A model generated the notes under the pieces. It was not told the DNA's origin. It ran no database searches and was given only the letters and a program-made list of their open reading frames with translations. DNA of 64,000 nt from an archaeon (GTDB taxonomy: Archaea; Nanobdellota; Nanobdellia; Woesearchaeales; GW2011-AR15). Positions within the stretch are counted from its first letter, which is position 1. Every line of letters begins with the position of its first letter. The stretch covers positions 21,695-85,694 of the forward strand of contig JABHHN010000080.1 in assembly GCA_018671515.1 (NCBI GenBank). Reading direction: 5' to 3'. Of the stretch, positions 1-10,969 are shown one piece after another. Both the position numbers and the translations under genes were made by a program.

Positions 1-332
1 GCAATTATTCCAAGATAACCACCAAAACTATTTCCATAAATAAATATTTTCGAAAATTTATTTTTTATATGTGACATAATGTTATCTATATCTGACAATA
101 TTCTTGACGTACTAATTTTATTAATGTCTTCTTCGCTTTTCCCATGACCTATATAATCAAATGAGATAGTAGAAATATTATTTTTAATTAAATTATTTTT
201 AATTAATTTAGAATTTGAATTATCTATAGAATCAAATAACCCATAAAAAAATAATACTGCTGTTTTTGACTCTCCTTCTATTTCAGTATAAATTCTTCCA
301 TGTTTTGATTTAACCCATAATATTTCTTTCAT
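1..332 (-). CDS. Alpha/beta hydrolase, partial (runs off window start)
   Basis: Hand translation MKEILWVKSKHGRIY...FDYIGHGKS...IYGNSFGGYLG; GxSxG nucleophile elbow and DxxGHGxS motif. Confidence 0.75.
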   Translation of the reverse strand, partial: MKEILWVKSKHGRIYTEIEGESKTAVLFFYGLFDSIDNSNSKLIKNNLIKNNISTISFDYIGHGKSEEDINKISTSRILSDIDNIMSHIKNKFSKIFIYGNSFGGYLGII

Positions 333-435
333 TATTTCAAAAATAAAACTTTAATTTATTTTTTAAACTTTGTATATCTTTAATTTCTAATTTATTTAAT
401 AAAACTTAAAATAAATACAAATATTCAAAATTAAT

Positions 436-936
436 ATGGATTTATTATATCATGGGATAATTGGTTATATCATTTCAGATTTATTATATGATAAAGTTTT
501 TCTTCATATAATATTTGTAGCTATGATGCCAGACCTTATTGGAACAACATATTTTCAATATTTAGTAATAAAAAATTCATGTAAAAAAACATTTAAAATA
601 TTCTTAAAAGATATAATAAAACATTCAAATAAATGTATATTTTTCTCAAAAAAAGACAAAATTATTTACAGAACAACGCATAGTCTAATTACATTATCAA
701 TATTTATGATTGTCATATATGTTAAAAATATAGAATCTTTTTTTGGAATTTTTTTAGCATATTTATCACATATAATAATAGATATTTTCACACACAATAA
801 TGAATTTTCTACTAGAATTTTGTTTCCTTTTTCAGATTTTCATATAGAAGGAAAATTTTGGCTAAAAAATAAAAAAATGTTTATTAATATTTGGTTAATT
901 ACAATAATAATTTTTATTTTTGTAATATTAAGCTAA
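436..936 (+). CDS. Membrane-bound metal-dependent hydrolase (YdjM-like)
   Basis: H..G, PD, THS and HIIID motifs in hydrophobic segments. Confidence 0.6.
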   Translation: MDLLYHGIIGYIISDLLYDKVFLHIIFVAMMPDLIGTTYFQYLVIKNSCKKTFKIFLKDIIKHSNKCIFFSKKDKIIYRTTHSLITLSIFMIVIYVKNIESFFGIFLAYLSHIIIDIFTHNNEFSTRILFPFSDFHIEGKFWLKNKKMFINIWLITIIIFIFVILS

Positions 937-941
937 TTATC

Positions 942-2006
942 TCAATAATTTAGTTTGTATCTTAAGAAAACTGCCAACCCACCAAGACCATCAAGTTTTT
1001 TTCCACCCTCGTGTTCAGAGCTTATTAAATGTATTTTTCCATCATTTAAGTCAACTTTTTTCATTAATTTTTCTATTTCAAAAAAGGTGTCTTCCTGTCT
1101 TCTTTTTTGTATTAAACCATCTGTTATGAGAAGTTCTGATGATGCACCACAATCTATTGATTCTTTTACTTTTACAAATCCATACTCTGCCTTTCCCTGT
1201 TTTGATATTTCCATCAATAAACTTTCAACTTTTTGTGTCTCTTTTGCAAATCTTTCTTGTTTTAAAACTGATTGTACTTCTGGCCGTCTTATTACTTCAT
1301 TTACTCCATTTTCACCAACTGATGAACATGTTGCTAAGACTACTTTTTTCTTTATTTTTTCATCTTTAATTTTTTTTACAAGATATTCTTTCCAGAATGT
1401 CGGACTTGCAATAATTATATTTGAAAAATTGTGTCTTGTATCTAATTCAATAATTTTTTTATATAATTCTGAATAAAAGTCTTTTGTATTAACATTAATT
1501 TCAGCCTTTTTTGAAACGCTTCCAGAAATCTTGAAAATAACTTCATACCCATATTTCTTTAAAAGTGCAAAAATGCCATCTTCTCTATCATGAACACATA
1601 TCAAAACTTTTGACTTTTCCTCAATTGATGCTTCATCAATCTTTTCTAATTGATATTTTAAAAATTTGTCTTTTACTATCTCAAATTTTGTCCCTATTTC
1701 AATATTTATAGTATGATAACTTCCAATTGGAACCTCATCATGTCCTTTTATTACTTTTCCAGATACTCTTAAAATATCAGAATATTTATGGAATTCAACT
1801 TTTTCAGCTTTTAGTGTTAAATAAATCTCTTTTTTTATTATTTTGACATTTCTCTGATCCCCATCTCCTAATTTAATTTTTCTAATAGTTTTAGAACTAA
1901 TTAAATCTCCTGTATCTATAATATAACTTGTATACCATAAATCATCAAGATTCTCTATTTCTAACTTTATTGTATTTTTATTAATGTCTTTAAATAATAT
2001 TTTCAT
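942..2006 (-). CDS. pelA: Ribosome rescue factor aPelota (Dom34)
   Basis: ENLDDLWY, LRVSG, GSYHTI, C-terminal LDGLGGLAVFLRY. Confidence 0.95.
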   Translation of the reverse strand: MKILFKDINKNTIKLEIENLDDLWYTSYIIDTGDLISSKTIRKIKLGDGDQRNVKIIKKEIYLTLKAEKVEFHKYSDILRVSGKVIKGHDEVPIGSYHTINIEIGTKFEIVKDKFLKYQLEKIDEASIEEKSKVLICVHDREDGIFALLKKYGYEVIFKISGSVSKKAEINVNTKDFYSELYKKIIELDTRHNFSNIIIASPTFWKEYLVKKIKDEKIKKKVVLATCSSVGENGVNEVIRRPEVQSVLKQERFAKETQKVESLLMEISKQGKAEYGFVKVKESIDCGASSELLITDGLIQKRRQEDTFFEIEKLMKKVDLNDGKIHLISSEHEGGKKLDGLGGLAVFLRYKLNY

Positions 2007-2113
2007 AATATAAAAGAAAAAGAAATCATATAATATGTTTTTGGTAAAATATGATAAAATTGAGTCATTAGAAATCGTAAACTATATATATGTAAAGATT
2101 TGTAATATGGACT

Positions 2114-3307
2114 ATGAGAAAACGAGGGCAAGTAACTCCACCTGTCACATTTACTTCAACATTAATAGCTATCATTGGTGCTGCAATAATTGTTTATATC
2201 TTAATGCTCCCTCCTACAGATAGGGCAGCATTCCTTGGACAAAATGAAACAAACCTTAATGATCCAAATTATAAAGATAATATAACCATTCTTCTTGAAG
2301 AAGAACCAGGAACACTTGAATTTATAGAAAATGATGAAATTGAAATTGATTTTCCCTCTTTTAATCTATATACACGTACTGATGCCATAGTAATTGCTCC
2401 ATTTGACTCTGTTTATATAAAAAGGACATTATTCAATAAAGAAACCGTAAATTTGACATTTAAAGTTGATGATTTAAAATTTACAGATAATATATTACTT
2501 TCATTTTTTGCAAGAAAATTTGATGGACGTTTAACAATAAAACTAAATGAAGACATAGTTTTCAATAGAGAACTCCAAACTTCTAGTCCTACACCAATAC
2601 AAATTCCAAAAGAATTATTAAAAAAAGACCTAAATGTATTAATATTTGAAATCTCAGGTCCTGGACTTGAATTCTGGAAATCTAATGAAGCACTATTAGA
2701 AGATATTAAAATAACTGCAGACCTTACAGATATAAGCGGACAAGAAAATAAACAAATATTCATATTAACTGAAAAAGAAAAAAGATTGTTGGAAACTGCA
2801 GAATTGACTATTGTTCCAGATTGTGTACAAACAGATGTAGCTCCACTTGAAATCTATCTAAATAAAAAACTTATTTTTTCTAGTGTACCTGACTGTGGTA
2901 TCAAAATGCCTATACCTCAAATAACTGCTGATAAATTAAAAGATGGCGAAAATTTTATAAGATTTAGAAGTGATAAAGGAAATTATCTAATTTATGGTGT
3001 AAAATTAACTCTTGATTTAGAAGAACCAATTTACCCAACTTATTATTTTAAACTTGAACCAAACCAATTCAAAAACGCTGAAAAAGGAAATGCAGATATG
3101 AACATTACATTAGTATTCCCAAATAAGATTGATTATAAAAAAGGAATCATTTTGATAAATGAAGATATTATAGAGATTGAAACAAAAGATAATGAATATG
3201 TAAGAGATATAAGTTCTAGTATCAGAGAAGGAAATAATGCTGTCGAAATAAGACCAAAATCTGATAGTCTTGATATATTAGAATTAGAAGTTCTTTACGC
3301 AGAATAA
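2114..3307 (+). CDS. Surface protein with class III (prepilin-like) signal peptide
   Basis: MRKRG|Q followed by a hydrophobic helix; repeated beta-rich modules ending in G-x-N motifs. Confidence 0.55.
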   Translation: MRKRGQVTPPVTFTSTLIAIIGAAIIVYILMLPPTDRAAFLGQNETNLNDPNYKDNITILLEEEPGTLEFIENDEIEIDFPSFNLYTRTDAIVIAPFDSVYIKRTLFNKETVNLTFKVDDLKFTDNILLSFFARKFDGRLTIKLNEDIVFNRELQTSSPTPIQIPKELLKKDLNVLIFEISGPGLEFWKSNEALLEDIKITADLTDISGQENKQIFILTEKEKRLLETAELTIVPDCVQTDVAPLEIYLNKKLIFSSVPDCGIKMPIPQITADKLKDGENFIRFRSDKGNYLIYGVKLTLDLEEPIYPTYYFKLEPNQFKNAEKGNADMNITLVFPNKIDYKKGIILINEDIIEIETKDNEYVRDISSSIREGNNAVEIRPKSDSLDILELEVLYAE

Positions 3308-3358
3308 TAATATAATAATCCAAAAGATTTAAATTCTTTAGAGTTAAATAAATAAAAC

Positions 3359-4891
3359 ATGGCAGAAGGAGATCAAGGATCTAATAGACTTTTAATTATG
3401 TTTTATTTCTTTTTTGGTGTTACAATGCATTTAATTGATGCTTTGGTATGGCAATTTGATAGAGGTAATTTCAATTATTCTGGGTCTGCACTATTTGTGT
3501 ATATTTTTATGGGTTTTTTATATTCTCTACTTAGAGTAAATGATGACCCATTAATAAAAAGATTAGTCATAAATTCAGTAAAATCTGTTTTTCTTTGGGC
3601 TCTTCCAATATTATTATTATGGTTTGCTAAATTTCTTCCTTCTACTATTCAATTTCAATTTGCAACAAAACTTGTTGCTTTTTTAGTTCTTACACCTACA
3701 TGGCTTTGGATGGCTTCAGATTTTTATGCACAAATACCACCATTAGAATTTTTATGGACTGCATATTTATTTTTTTGGGTTGGAATAATTGTACTTTCAG
3801 GAATATTTGCATTTCAAAATAAATTAACACAAATAGCTGATCCCATGAAAGCTCCAGTTGCACAATCTCTGGCATTAATAAGAGATTGGATAGTACAACT
3901 ATGGAAGAATATTAAAAGTACAATGATAGCTCTACCTAAAGCAGTATCTACCGCATTTAACACTCAATTAAATACTGCCGTAGGTGATGAATACTATGTC
4001 GGGACTGTTGAAGATAATGAAAATGGACCACTTGGTGTATATTTTACAAATACCCGTATGACAAATTATGAAATATTTGAAGGAGATGAAGCTTCTGCCT
4101 GGGTTGATATTACTGCAAAAACTCTTGATGAACCAATTACTATTTCTGTTAATTGCCATGCTATAGATTACGACGGAAATAAATTTCAAGGAGACATGTC
4201 TCAAAATTCAGGTGGTTTAACTGAAACAATATATGTAGACTCATTTAGTGAAGAATTTTTAATTTGTAAATTTGGAAAAACTCAACTTCCTCCAGGATCA
4301 TATCAATTAATTATTTCGGCAAGTTTCAATTTTGAGACTTGGGCATATTTAAGAACTTATTTAATGGACCTAGAACGATTAAAAGGAGATATGAAATCAT
4401 TAATGGATAAAGGAGGTATTGGAGATAAAAATAGTGTTCTCTCTGAAATTTATAATATCCCAGATACAAATCCAGTTGCTAGATATACAAGTGGTCCTGT
4501 TGCTATAGGAATTGAAACAAATACTCAACCAGTTGGAATTGCTGGAGATGGAAGCACTAAACCATTATTTGGTGTAACAATTGAAAATTTGTGGGAAGGA
4601 AAAATAACTAAAGTTAATTCACTAAAAATGGAAACTATCCCTGGATTACAAATAAATACCGGTAGTTGTGACCATTCAACAAATGGAGGAAATAATATTT
4701 ATACAATATCAAATATCAAAGGAGAAATTGAATTTTATAAATCATTTAGATGTAAAATGCAAGCTTCAAAAAGTGCACTTGATTCCACCCCAGTCACAAT
4801 AAGAAATTTAAAAGCTACTGCTAAATATCAATATGTTATTGAAGATGAATTATATTTTGATGTGGAGGAATATGATTTTGGTGAAATCTAA
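3359..4891 (+). CDS. Multi-pass membrane protein with extracellular Cys-containing domain related to the downstream paralogues
   Basis: About 5 N-terminal TM segments; C-terminal SGPVAI and GVTIEN motifs resemble the next three genes. Confidence 0.55.
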   Translation: MAEGDQGSNRLLIMFYFFFGVTMHLIDALVWQFDRGNFNYSGSALFVYIFMGFLYSLLRVNDDPLIKRLVINSVKSVFLWALPILLLWFAKFLPSTIQFQFATKLVAFLVLTPTWLWMASDFYAQIPPLEFLWTAYLFFWVGIIVLSGIFAFQNKLTQIADPMKAPVAQSLALIRDWIVQLWKNIKSTMIALPKAVSTAFNTQLNTAVGDEYYVGTVEDNENGPLGVYFTNTRMTNYEIFEGDEASAWVDITAKTLDEPITISVNCHAIDYDGNKFQGDMSQNSGGLTETIYVDSFSEEFLICKFGKTQLPPGSYQLIISASFNFETWAYLRTYLMDLERLKGDMKSLMDKGGIGDKNSVLSEIYNIPDTNPVARYTSGPVAIGIETNTQPVGIAGDGSTKPLFGVTIENLWEGKITKVNSLKMETIPGLQINTGSCDHSTNGGNNIYTISNIKGEIEFYKSFRCKMQASKSALDSTPVTIRNLKATAKYQYVIEDELYFDVEEYDFGEI

Positions 4892-5825
4892 TAAATTTTT
4901 GTTGATGTACCTAATTTCATTAATTGTTTTAATTAATTCATGCACTGGCTCTGGAAATTCTCCCAGTATAACCAATCCTGATCTGTATAAAGGTACACAA
5001 GGATTAGAAATTGAAGTAATAAGTAATCTTCCAGAAAGAATATTTGAAAATGAACCTTTTGAATATGTTGTAAAATTAACAAATAATGGTGTATACGATA
5101 TAAAAAATGGTGTACTTACCTTAAATGTAGAAAAAGATTATTTAAGTGTTGATGGAAAAAATATTAAAAAAGAAAATATTAACCTTCAAGGAAAAGAAAT
5201 TTTTCAAACACTTGATGATTTTGAAATAAAACAATTTACAATAAAATCGGGTAATTTAGATCAAACAAGCCAAACTCATGAAACGTTGATATTAACTAGT
5301 GCATGTTATGATTTTATGGCAAAAGCTTTTGCTGATATATGCATAGACTCTGACCCACATGATATTAACCCTACTGAAAAAGAATGTAAAACAAAAAAAA
5401 TAGATCTTAGCAAAGGTCAAGGTGGTCCTGTCTTGATTTCTCTTATTGAACCAAGAATGATAATGGATGATAATTATCTTCGACCACAATTCAAAATACA
5501 TGTCAAAAATTCTGGAAGAGGTACTGTCCTTCAACATGGAAGAGAAGATACATTCTGTTCATCAGGTAATATTGCAAGAGAACAATATAATAAAGTAATT
5601 TTGTCTGAATTATCTTTTTCAACATTTAAAAAAAATGATTTTGATTGTAGTCCTGAACCCCTTAGGCTCAAAGGAAATGAAGATGTAATTACATGTACAT
5701 TAAAAACAGGAAAAATATCAAAAGACATTACAAACTATTTAACACCTATTACTTTAGAATTAAAATATGGATATTTGATTTCAAATTCAGATATGGTAAA
5801 AATAGAAAAGATTTTAACTTCATAA
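4872..5825 (+). CDS. Secreted/lipoprotein-like Cys-rich protein, paralogue 1
   Basis: Signal ending LINSC; GTQGL, CYDF, ICI, GGPV motifs; start moved to ATG after GGAGG. Confidence 0.6.
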   Translation: MILVKSNKFLLMYLISLIVLINSCTGSGNSPSITNPDLYKGTQGLEIEVISNLPERIFENEPFEYVVKLTNNGVYDIKNGVLTLNVEKDYLSVDGKNIKKENINLQGKEIFQTLDDFEIKQFTIKSGNLDQTSQTHETLILTSACYDFMAKAFADICIDSDPHDINPTEKECKTKKIDLSKGQGGPVLISLIEPRMIMDDNYLRPQFKIHVKNSGRGTVLQHGREDTFCSSGNIAREQYNKVILSELSFSTFKKNDFDCSPEPLRLKGNEDVITCTLKTGKISKDITNYLTPITLELKYGYLISNSDMVKIEKILTS

Positions 5826-5840
5826 AATTAAATTAATAAA

Positions 5841-6758
5841 ATGAATAAAAAATACATATTATTATTATTGACATTTGTTATTATATTCTCTAGTTGTGAA
5901 AGTGGAAATTCTGAAGGATCCACCTCTACAACAAACACAGGTGAAAAATATAGAACTGGAACTCAAGGATTGTTGATTTCCTTTGTACCAGGTGTACCAC
6001 CCGCTAAAGTATTTTCAGATTCTGAAATAGGTGCAATATTTGAAATTAAAAATAAAGGATCAACAGATATTGATGGCGCAAAATTATACTTAACAGGATA
6101 TGATAAAAAATATTTATTTGGAACTAGTGAACAAGAACAAGAATTTGCTTTAGGTGGTAAATCACCATATAATCCTAATGGAGAATTAATTGAATTAATT
6201 GATTTCAATACTAAAGTACAAAGATTACCTGACGGTATAGATAAATTTACTCAAACTTTTAAAGGGTCACTATGTTATCCTTATGAAACATTAGCAAGTC
6301 CTTCAATATGTATAAATCCAGATATTCATAGTGCACAGGCAACTGAAAGTGTTTGTACTGTCAAACCAATAACCCTTTCTGGTGGACAAGGAGCCCCAAT
6401 ATCAATAGATAAAGTTGAATATGATTCTATTGGTAGTCAATTAGTATTAAAAATCTATATTTCAAATCATGGTAAAGGAATTCCATATATTAAACCAATT
6501 GAAGATTGTCATAAATCATTAAGATACAATGAAGTAGGTCTTATAAATATTGAATCTGTTTCCTTTTCTGATTATGATTTAACTTCTAATTGTAAACCAA
6601 ATCCTGTAAGGTTAGTTAATAACAAAGGTTTTGTAGTTTGTACAATTGAATCAAACGATAATTTTGGATCATCATCATATGTAACTCCGCTAAACATAAA
6701 ATTATCATATAATTATAGAGAATCCATCAAAAAAAGTTTTGAAATCATCCAGATTTGA
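5841..6758 (+). CDS. Secreted/lipoprotein-like Cys-rich protein, paralogue 2
   Basis: Signal ending IFSSC; GTQGL, CYPY, ICI, GAPI motifs. Confidence 0.6.
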   Translation: MNKKYILLLLTFVIIFSSCESGNSEGSTSTTNTGEKYRTGTQGLLISFVPGVPPAKVFSDSEIGAIFEIKNKGSTDIDGAKLYLTGYDKKYLFGTSEQEQEFALGGKSPYNPNGELIELIDFNTKVQRLPDGIDKFTQTFKGSLCYPYETLASPSICINPDIHSAQATESVCTVKPITLSGGQGAPISIDKVEYDSIGSQLVLKIYISNHGKGIPYIKPIEDCHKSLRYNEVGLINIESVSFSDYDLTSNCKPNPVRLVNNKGFVVCTIESNDNFGSSSYVTPLNIKLSYNYRESIKKSFEIIQI

Positions 6759-6798
6759 AAAAGAAAGATTTATATATATTCATAGCTAAGGAGAGAAT

Positions 6799-7740
6799 AT
6801 GAAAAAAAGAATAATTTTACTCTTAATTTTTGCATTAACATTATCAGTTGCACAAAATGAATGTGGTGGTGGAGGAGAGAGTGGACCAACCATAACAGAT
6901 CCATTTATAGGTGGAACAGGTGGTGTAACAATAAATTTTGAAGAAGGATTTCCTCCTGAATTTATTTTTGATTCTAGTCAAACACCATTTGATGTGATTG
7001 TCAAACTTGAAAATGTTGGTGAATGGTTAGTTCCAAAAAATGATGTAATGGTAAAGATTGAAGGAATAAGACCTGAACAATTTGGAAAGACCTCATCTGA
7101 TTTCATAAAAATTGGTGTAGAAGAAGATTTATTACAAACAAAAAAAAATTCTGAAAATGATATTATCGAAGGAATACCTGTATATGTAGATTATGAAAAT
7201 CTTGCATTTAATGAAAAAATAGAAGGCAACTTCAATCCTCCAATTAGAGCTTCTGTCTGTTATAAATATGGTACAAGAGCTGTATCGAACATTTGTATTG
7301 TTCCTGATTTATTACAACCTGCAGATGATAATGATTTATGTAAAATCAATGAAAACAAACAAGTTTTCAATTCTGCTGGACCTATACAAGTTACTGAATT
7401 CAAAGAAATTGCAAGATCAACTGATGCGATATCATTTACTTTCAAATTAAAACATAAAGGATCTGGATTATTTTATTCTCCAGAAACTCGTTGTGGTGGG
7501 GAAACAGCAAGCAGATTAAAAAATAAAGTCAAAATAAATGTAGATAGTGGACTTGATGGATTAACATGCACTGGACAAGATTCGGATGGAAATATTTTGC
7601 TTCAAGGTGGAGAAAGACCAATAACATGTATCCAAAGAGTAACAAGTCAAACTGCTTATGAAAATAGAGTAAATATTGAAATAACATATGACTATCTTGA
7701 AGATGCAACCCAATATTTATTGATAAAACATTCAGAATAA
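6799..7740 (+). CDS. Secreted Cys-rich protein, paralogue 3
   Basis: Signal peptide; GTGGV, CYKY, ICI, AGPI motifs. Confidence 0.6.
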   Translation: MKKRIILLLIFALTLSVAQNECGGGGESGPTITDPFIGGTGGVTINFEEGFPPEFIFDSSQTPFDVIVKLENVGEWLVPKNDVMVKIEGIRPEQFGKTSSDFIKIGVEEDLLQTKKNSENDIIEGIPVYVDYENLAFNEKIEGNFNPPIRASVCYKYGTRAVSNICIVPDLLQPADDNDLCKINENKQVFNSAGPIQVTEFKEIARSTDAISFTFKLKHKGSGLFYSPETRCGGETASRLKNKVKINVDSGLDGLTCTGQDSDGNILLQGGERPITCIQRVTSQTAYENRVNIEITYDYLEDATQYLLIKHSE

Positions 7741-7746
7741 TTAATT

Positions 7747-8802
7747 TTATTTATTTTTTTCAAAAAAAATCTTTGCTTTCTGGAAAGCTTCTGATTTTTC
7801 AATTACTGCTTTATTATATAAATTATAATATTTTTCAATATCTTTTTTTAAAGTCACAATCCTTGAATTCAATTCTAATTCTTTTTGAAGATGATCTTTA
7901 GTTACTTTTTCTATTGAATTTTTTCTTCGTGATTTTTCTTTCTCTATTTTTTCTTTATAATACAAACTTTGTTCTGATATGTATTTATTAATATTTTTAA
8001 CAATTTTTTTAAGCTTAATATTTTCTTGTTCTTTATATTTTAATTCTTTAGAAAATCTTTTAGCTGCAACAAGGTATTTATTATATTTTCTATCATTCGA
8101 CTCTGAAAGTACTTTATAATATTCTAATTTTTTCTTATCTCTTAAAACTTCTTCTTCGAATTTTGAAACAAATTCTTTTATTTCTATTCTTTTCTTATTT
8201 TCTGTATGTTTTATCACATAATCTAATTTTTTTCTTGTTTCTAATAATTCCTTTCTAAAAGTATCATTTTTAATTTGTTTCTCTATTGATTTTAATTTTA
8301 AAGAAAGATTCTTTGATGCAGTAAAATAATAATCATATTTTTTTTCATATTTTTTTGATTTTTCATAATAATGTTTTAGTTCTTCTGTCAATTTTGAAAT
8401 TACTTTATCAGTCTCATTTTTATTTTTTAATTTTATATTTTCAGAAATAAGAAATTTGTTCTCCTTTTCTTTTAATAATATATTTTTTTTTAAATTATTA
8501 TTATCTTCTTTAAGTTTTTCTAATGATAATTGATCATTTTTTTTCAAGAGTAAAGCTAATTTTTTAGAAATTGTATAATATTTTTCATATTTTCTTATAT
8601 AATTTTCTCGTGATGTATGAAGATGTGTAATCATCCTCTCTAGTTTTTCTATTTTTTTACCATAATCATCTAAAAAATATTCTTTAGATTTTGATTTAAG
8701 TTCATTTATTTCCAGAAGAAGAGAAGATAATATTTTTTCAGTATTGTAGAGTTTACTATCTATTGTTCCCTCTTTTTTTACTTTCCCTTGTACCATATTC
8801 AT
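7747..8802 (-). CDS. Lys/Glu-rich coiled-coil protein with three internal repeats
   Basis: Heptad-like composition; 4-nt overlap with rfcS stop. Confidence 0.55.
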   Translation of the reverse strand: MNMVQGKVKKEGTIDSKLYNTEKILSSLLLEINELKSKSKEYFLDDYGKKIEKLERMITHLHTSRENYIRKYEKYYTISKKLALLLKKNDQLSLEKLKEDNNNLKKNILLKEKENKFLISENIKLKNKNETDKVISKLTEELKHYYEKSKKYEKKYDYYFTASKNLSLKLKSIEKQIKNDTFRKELLETRKKLDYVIKHTENKKRIEIKEFVSKFEEEVLRDKKKLEYYKVLSESNDRKYNKYLVAAKRFSKELKYKEQENIKLKKIVKNINKYISEQSLYYKEKIEKEKSRRKNSIEKVTKDHLQKELELNSRIVTLKKDIEKYYNLYNKAVIEKSEAFQKAKIFFEKNK

Positions 8803-9761
8803 TGGTTTACTAATGAAATCCCTGATAGGAGTGCTTCTAATTGTATAAATTCATCACTTCCTTCTACTAATCTAAATTCAATTTCACCACATAATTTAGT
8901 CATCTCTAGTTTATTTTTATCTGATGTGTCTAAATTCCATATTTCTTTTTGAATCTGTCTTATAATATCTAATCCTGATAATCCATTCTCAAGCATAGAA
9001 TTTAGTAATTTTTTTCTGGATTCTAAAAATTTCCCTTCTACTGCAAATTTAAGTATTTCATTTACTTCTTTTGGAAGAGCATGTGAAGAAATAGAATATA
9101 TTGCTTTTTCATCAATATTATTTGAAATTGAAATTGACGCCTGTAAAATATTTTCTACTTTTCTACAATCACCTCTTGAAATTTCAAATATTGCTGTTTT
9201 TGCTTCATTTGAAATTGTAAATGATTCTTTTTTTGATAATTCATCAATCAATTCAAATATATCTTCTTTTGAAAGTGGTTTGAATTTAAAAATTGCACAT
9301 CTTGATTGTATTGGATCAAGTATTTTTGAAGAGTAATTACAACTTAATATGAATCTTGCCGTTCTAGTATAATTTTCCATTGTTCTTCTCAAAGCTTGCT
9401 GTGCTTCTCTAGTCAATGCGTCACATTCATCTAAGAATAAAATTTTAAATGGAACATTACCAATTGCTTTTGTTCTTGCAAAATCTTTTACTTTTACTCT
9501 AACTATATCTATTCCTCTCTCATCTGATGCATTTAATTCTAAAAAATTAGTTCCCCATGTATCTCCAAATAATTCTTTTGCAATAACTAACGCTAAAGTA
9601 GATTTCCCAACTCCAGCTGGCCCTGCAAACAATATGTGAGGCATATTTTTTTTTTCAACAAATGCTTTTACTCTTGAAACTATGTTTTTTTGACCTTTTA
9701 TTTCTGAAAATTTTTGAGGTCTATATTTCTCAGTCCATATGCTTTGGATTATTTCTGTCAT
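8799..9761 (-). CDS. rfcS: Replication factor C small subunit
   Basis: WTEKYRP, GPAGVGKS, ELNASDERG, LDECD, SRC. Confidence 0.97.
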   Translation of the reverse strand: MTEIIQSIWTEKYRPQKFSEIKGQKNIVSRVKAFVEKKNMPHILFAGPAGVGKSTLALVIAKELFGDTWGTNFLELNASDERGIDIVRVKVKDFARTKAIGNVPFKILFLDECDALTREAQQALRRTMENYTRTARFILSCNYSSKILDPIQSRCAIFKFKPLSKEDIFELIDELSKKESFTISNEAKTAIFEISRGDCRKVENILQASISISNNIDEKAIYSISSHALPKEVNEILKFAVEGKFLESRKKLLNSMLENGLSGLDIIRQIQKEIWNLDTSDKNKLEMTKLCGEIEFRLVEGSDEFIQLEALLSGISLVNQ

Positions 9762-9860
9762 ATAAGTTAAAAGAAAGATATTTAATTTAAATAATTAGTC
9801 ATTAAGTGTATAAATAAATAATCAGTAATGTTTTTAATATGTAATCTAATATCTCTAAAC

Positions 9861-10943
9861 ATGAAAATAATATTTGCTATCAATTCCAATGGACTTGGAC
9901 ATGCAACTAGATGTATTCCATTAATATCTGAATGTATTAAAAAAGGAATGAAAGTGTATATAATTAGCAATTATAGAGCAATGGATTTTCTAAAAGATGA
10001 ATTTAAAAATACTGTTGAAAAATATTTTATTCTTCCTGATTATTCTTTCTCAAAAAAAGTATTTGGTAAAAAAAAAGTTTCTGTGGAAAAATTTCTAATG
10101 TATTTACCTATGTATCTTAATGAATTTAGAAATGAACATAAAAAATTTAAAAAAATTCAAAAAAAATATACCTTTGATATAATTATATCTGATGCTAGAC
10201 CAGGAATATACGATTCAGAAGTTCCTTCATATCTAATAAATCATCATATAAAAATTCCTCTTCAAGGATTCTTGAAATCTAGTAAGTATATTACTGAATT
10301 TGCTTTTTTTGCACTAAAAAATAAATATAAAAAAATACTTATTCCTGATTTTGAAACAAATTCTTTAGCTGGTGAATATACACATGATTTTAATTATTTA
10401 AATGAAGAAGATTATGAATACCTAGGTCTTATTTCTATGATAAATAAAAAACAAAATAAAAAAAAAGACATAGATTATTTTTTCTCTATTTCTGGACCTG
10501 AACCTCAAAGAACAGTGTTTGAAAAAAAAATCATGACAAATATCAAAAAAATACAAGGTAAAATAGTTATTACATTAGGAAAACCTGAAAAATATTTTAA
10601 AAAAAAAGAAGGAAATGTAGAAATATATAGTTTTCTTGATAAAAAAAAACAATCTGAAATGATGTCTCGTGCAAAATTAGTTATAACAAGATCTGGATAT
10701 ACAACTTTAATGGACTTAGCTCAAATAGGACAAAAAGCACTTCTCATACCTACAAAAGGTCAACCAGAACAAGAATATTTAGCAAAATATCATCTTAAAC
10801 AAGGAAATTACTATTTTTCTGAACTTGATGACCTAAACATCCCAAAAGATCTTGAAATAGCAGAAAGGTTCCTTGGATATAAAACTAAGAAAAAAACTAA
10901 AGATGCAACTAAAAAATTTATGGATATAATTCTCAAAAAATAA
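9861..10943 (+). CDS. GT-B glycosyltransferase (GT28/GT1-like)
   Basis: GLGHATR, ISD, TRSGYTT, IPTKGQPEQ. Confidence 0.85.
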   Translation: MKIIFAINSNGLGHATRCIPLISECIKKGMKVYIISNYRAMDFLKDEFKNTVEKYFILPDYSFSKKVFGKKKVSVEKFLMYLPMYLNEFRNEHKKFKKIQKKYTFDIIISDARPGIYDSEVPSYLINHHIKIPLQGFLKSSKYITEFAFFALKNKYKKILIPDFETNSLAGEYTHDFNYLNEEDYEYLGLISMINKKQNKKKDIDYFFSISGPEPQRTVFEKKIMTNIKKIQGKIVITLGKPEKYFKKKEGNVEIYSFLDKKKQSEMMSRAKLVITRSGYTTLMDLAQIGQKALLIPTKGQPEQEYLAKYHLKQGNYYFSELDDLNIPKDLEIAERFLGYKTKKKTKDATKKFMDIILKK

Positions 10944-10969
10944 ATTAGAATAAAATCAATTAAAAAAAA

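Noticed and set aside
955..1476. Long antisense ORFs from the track (also 13413-13883, 41184-41870, 56776-57201, 58423-58794 and others)
   Set aside because: Shadows of well-supported genes on the opposite strand, with no motifs.
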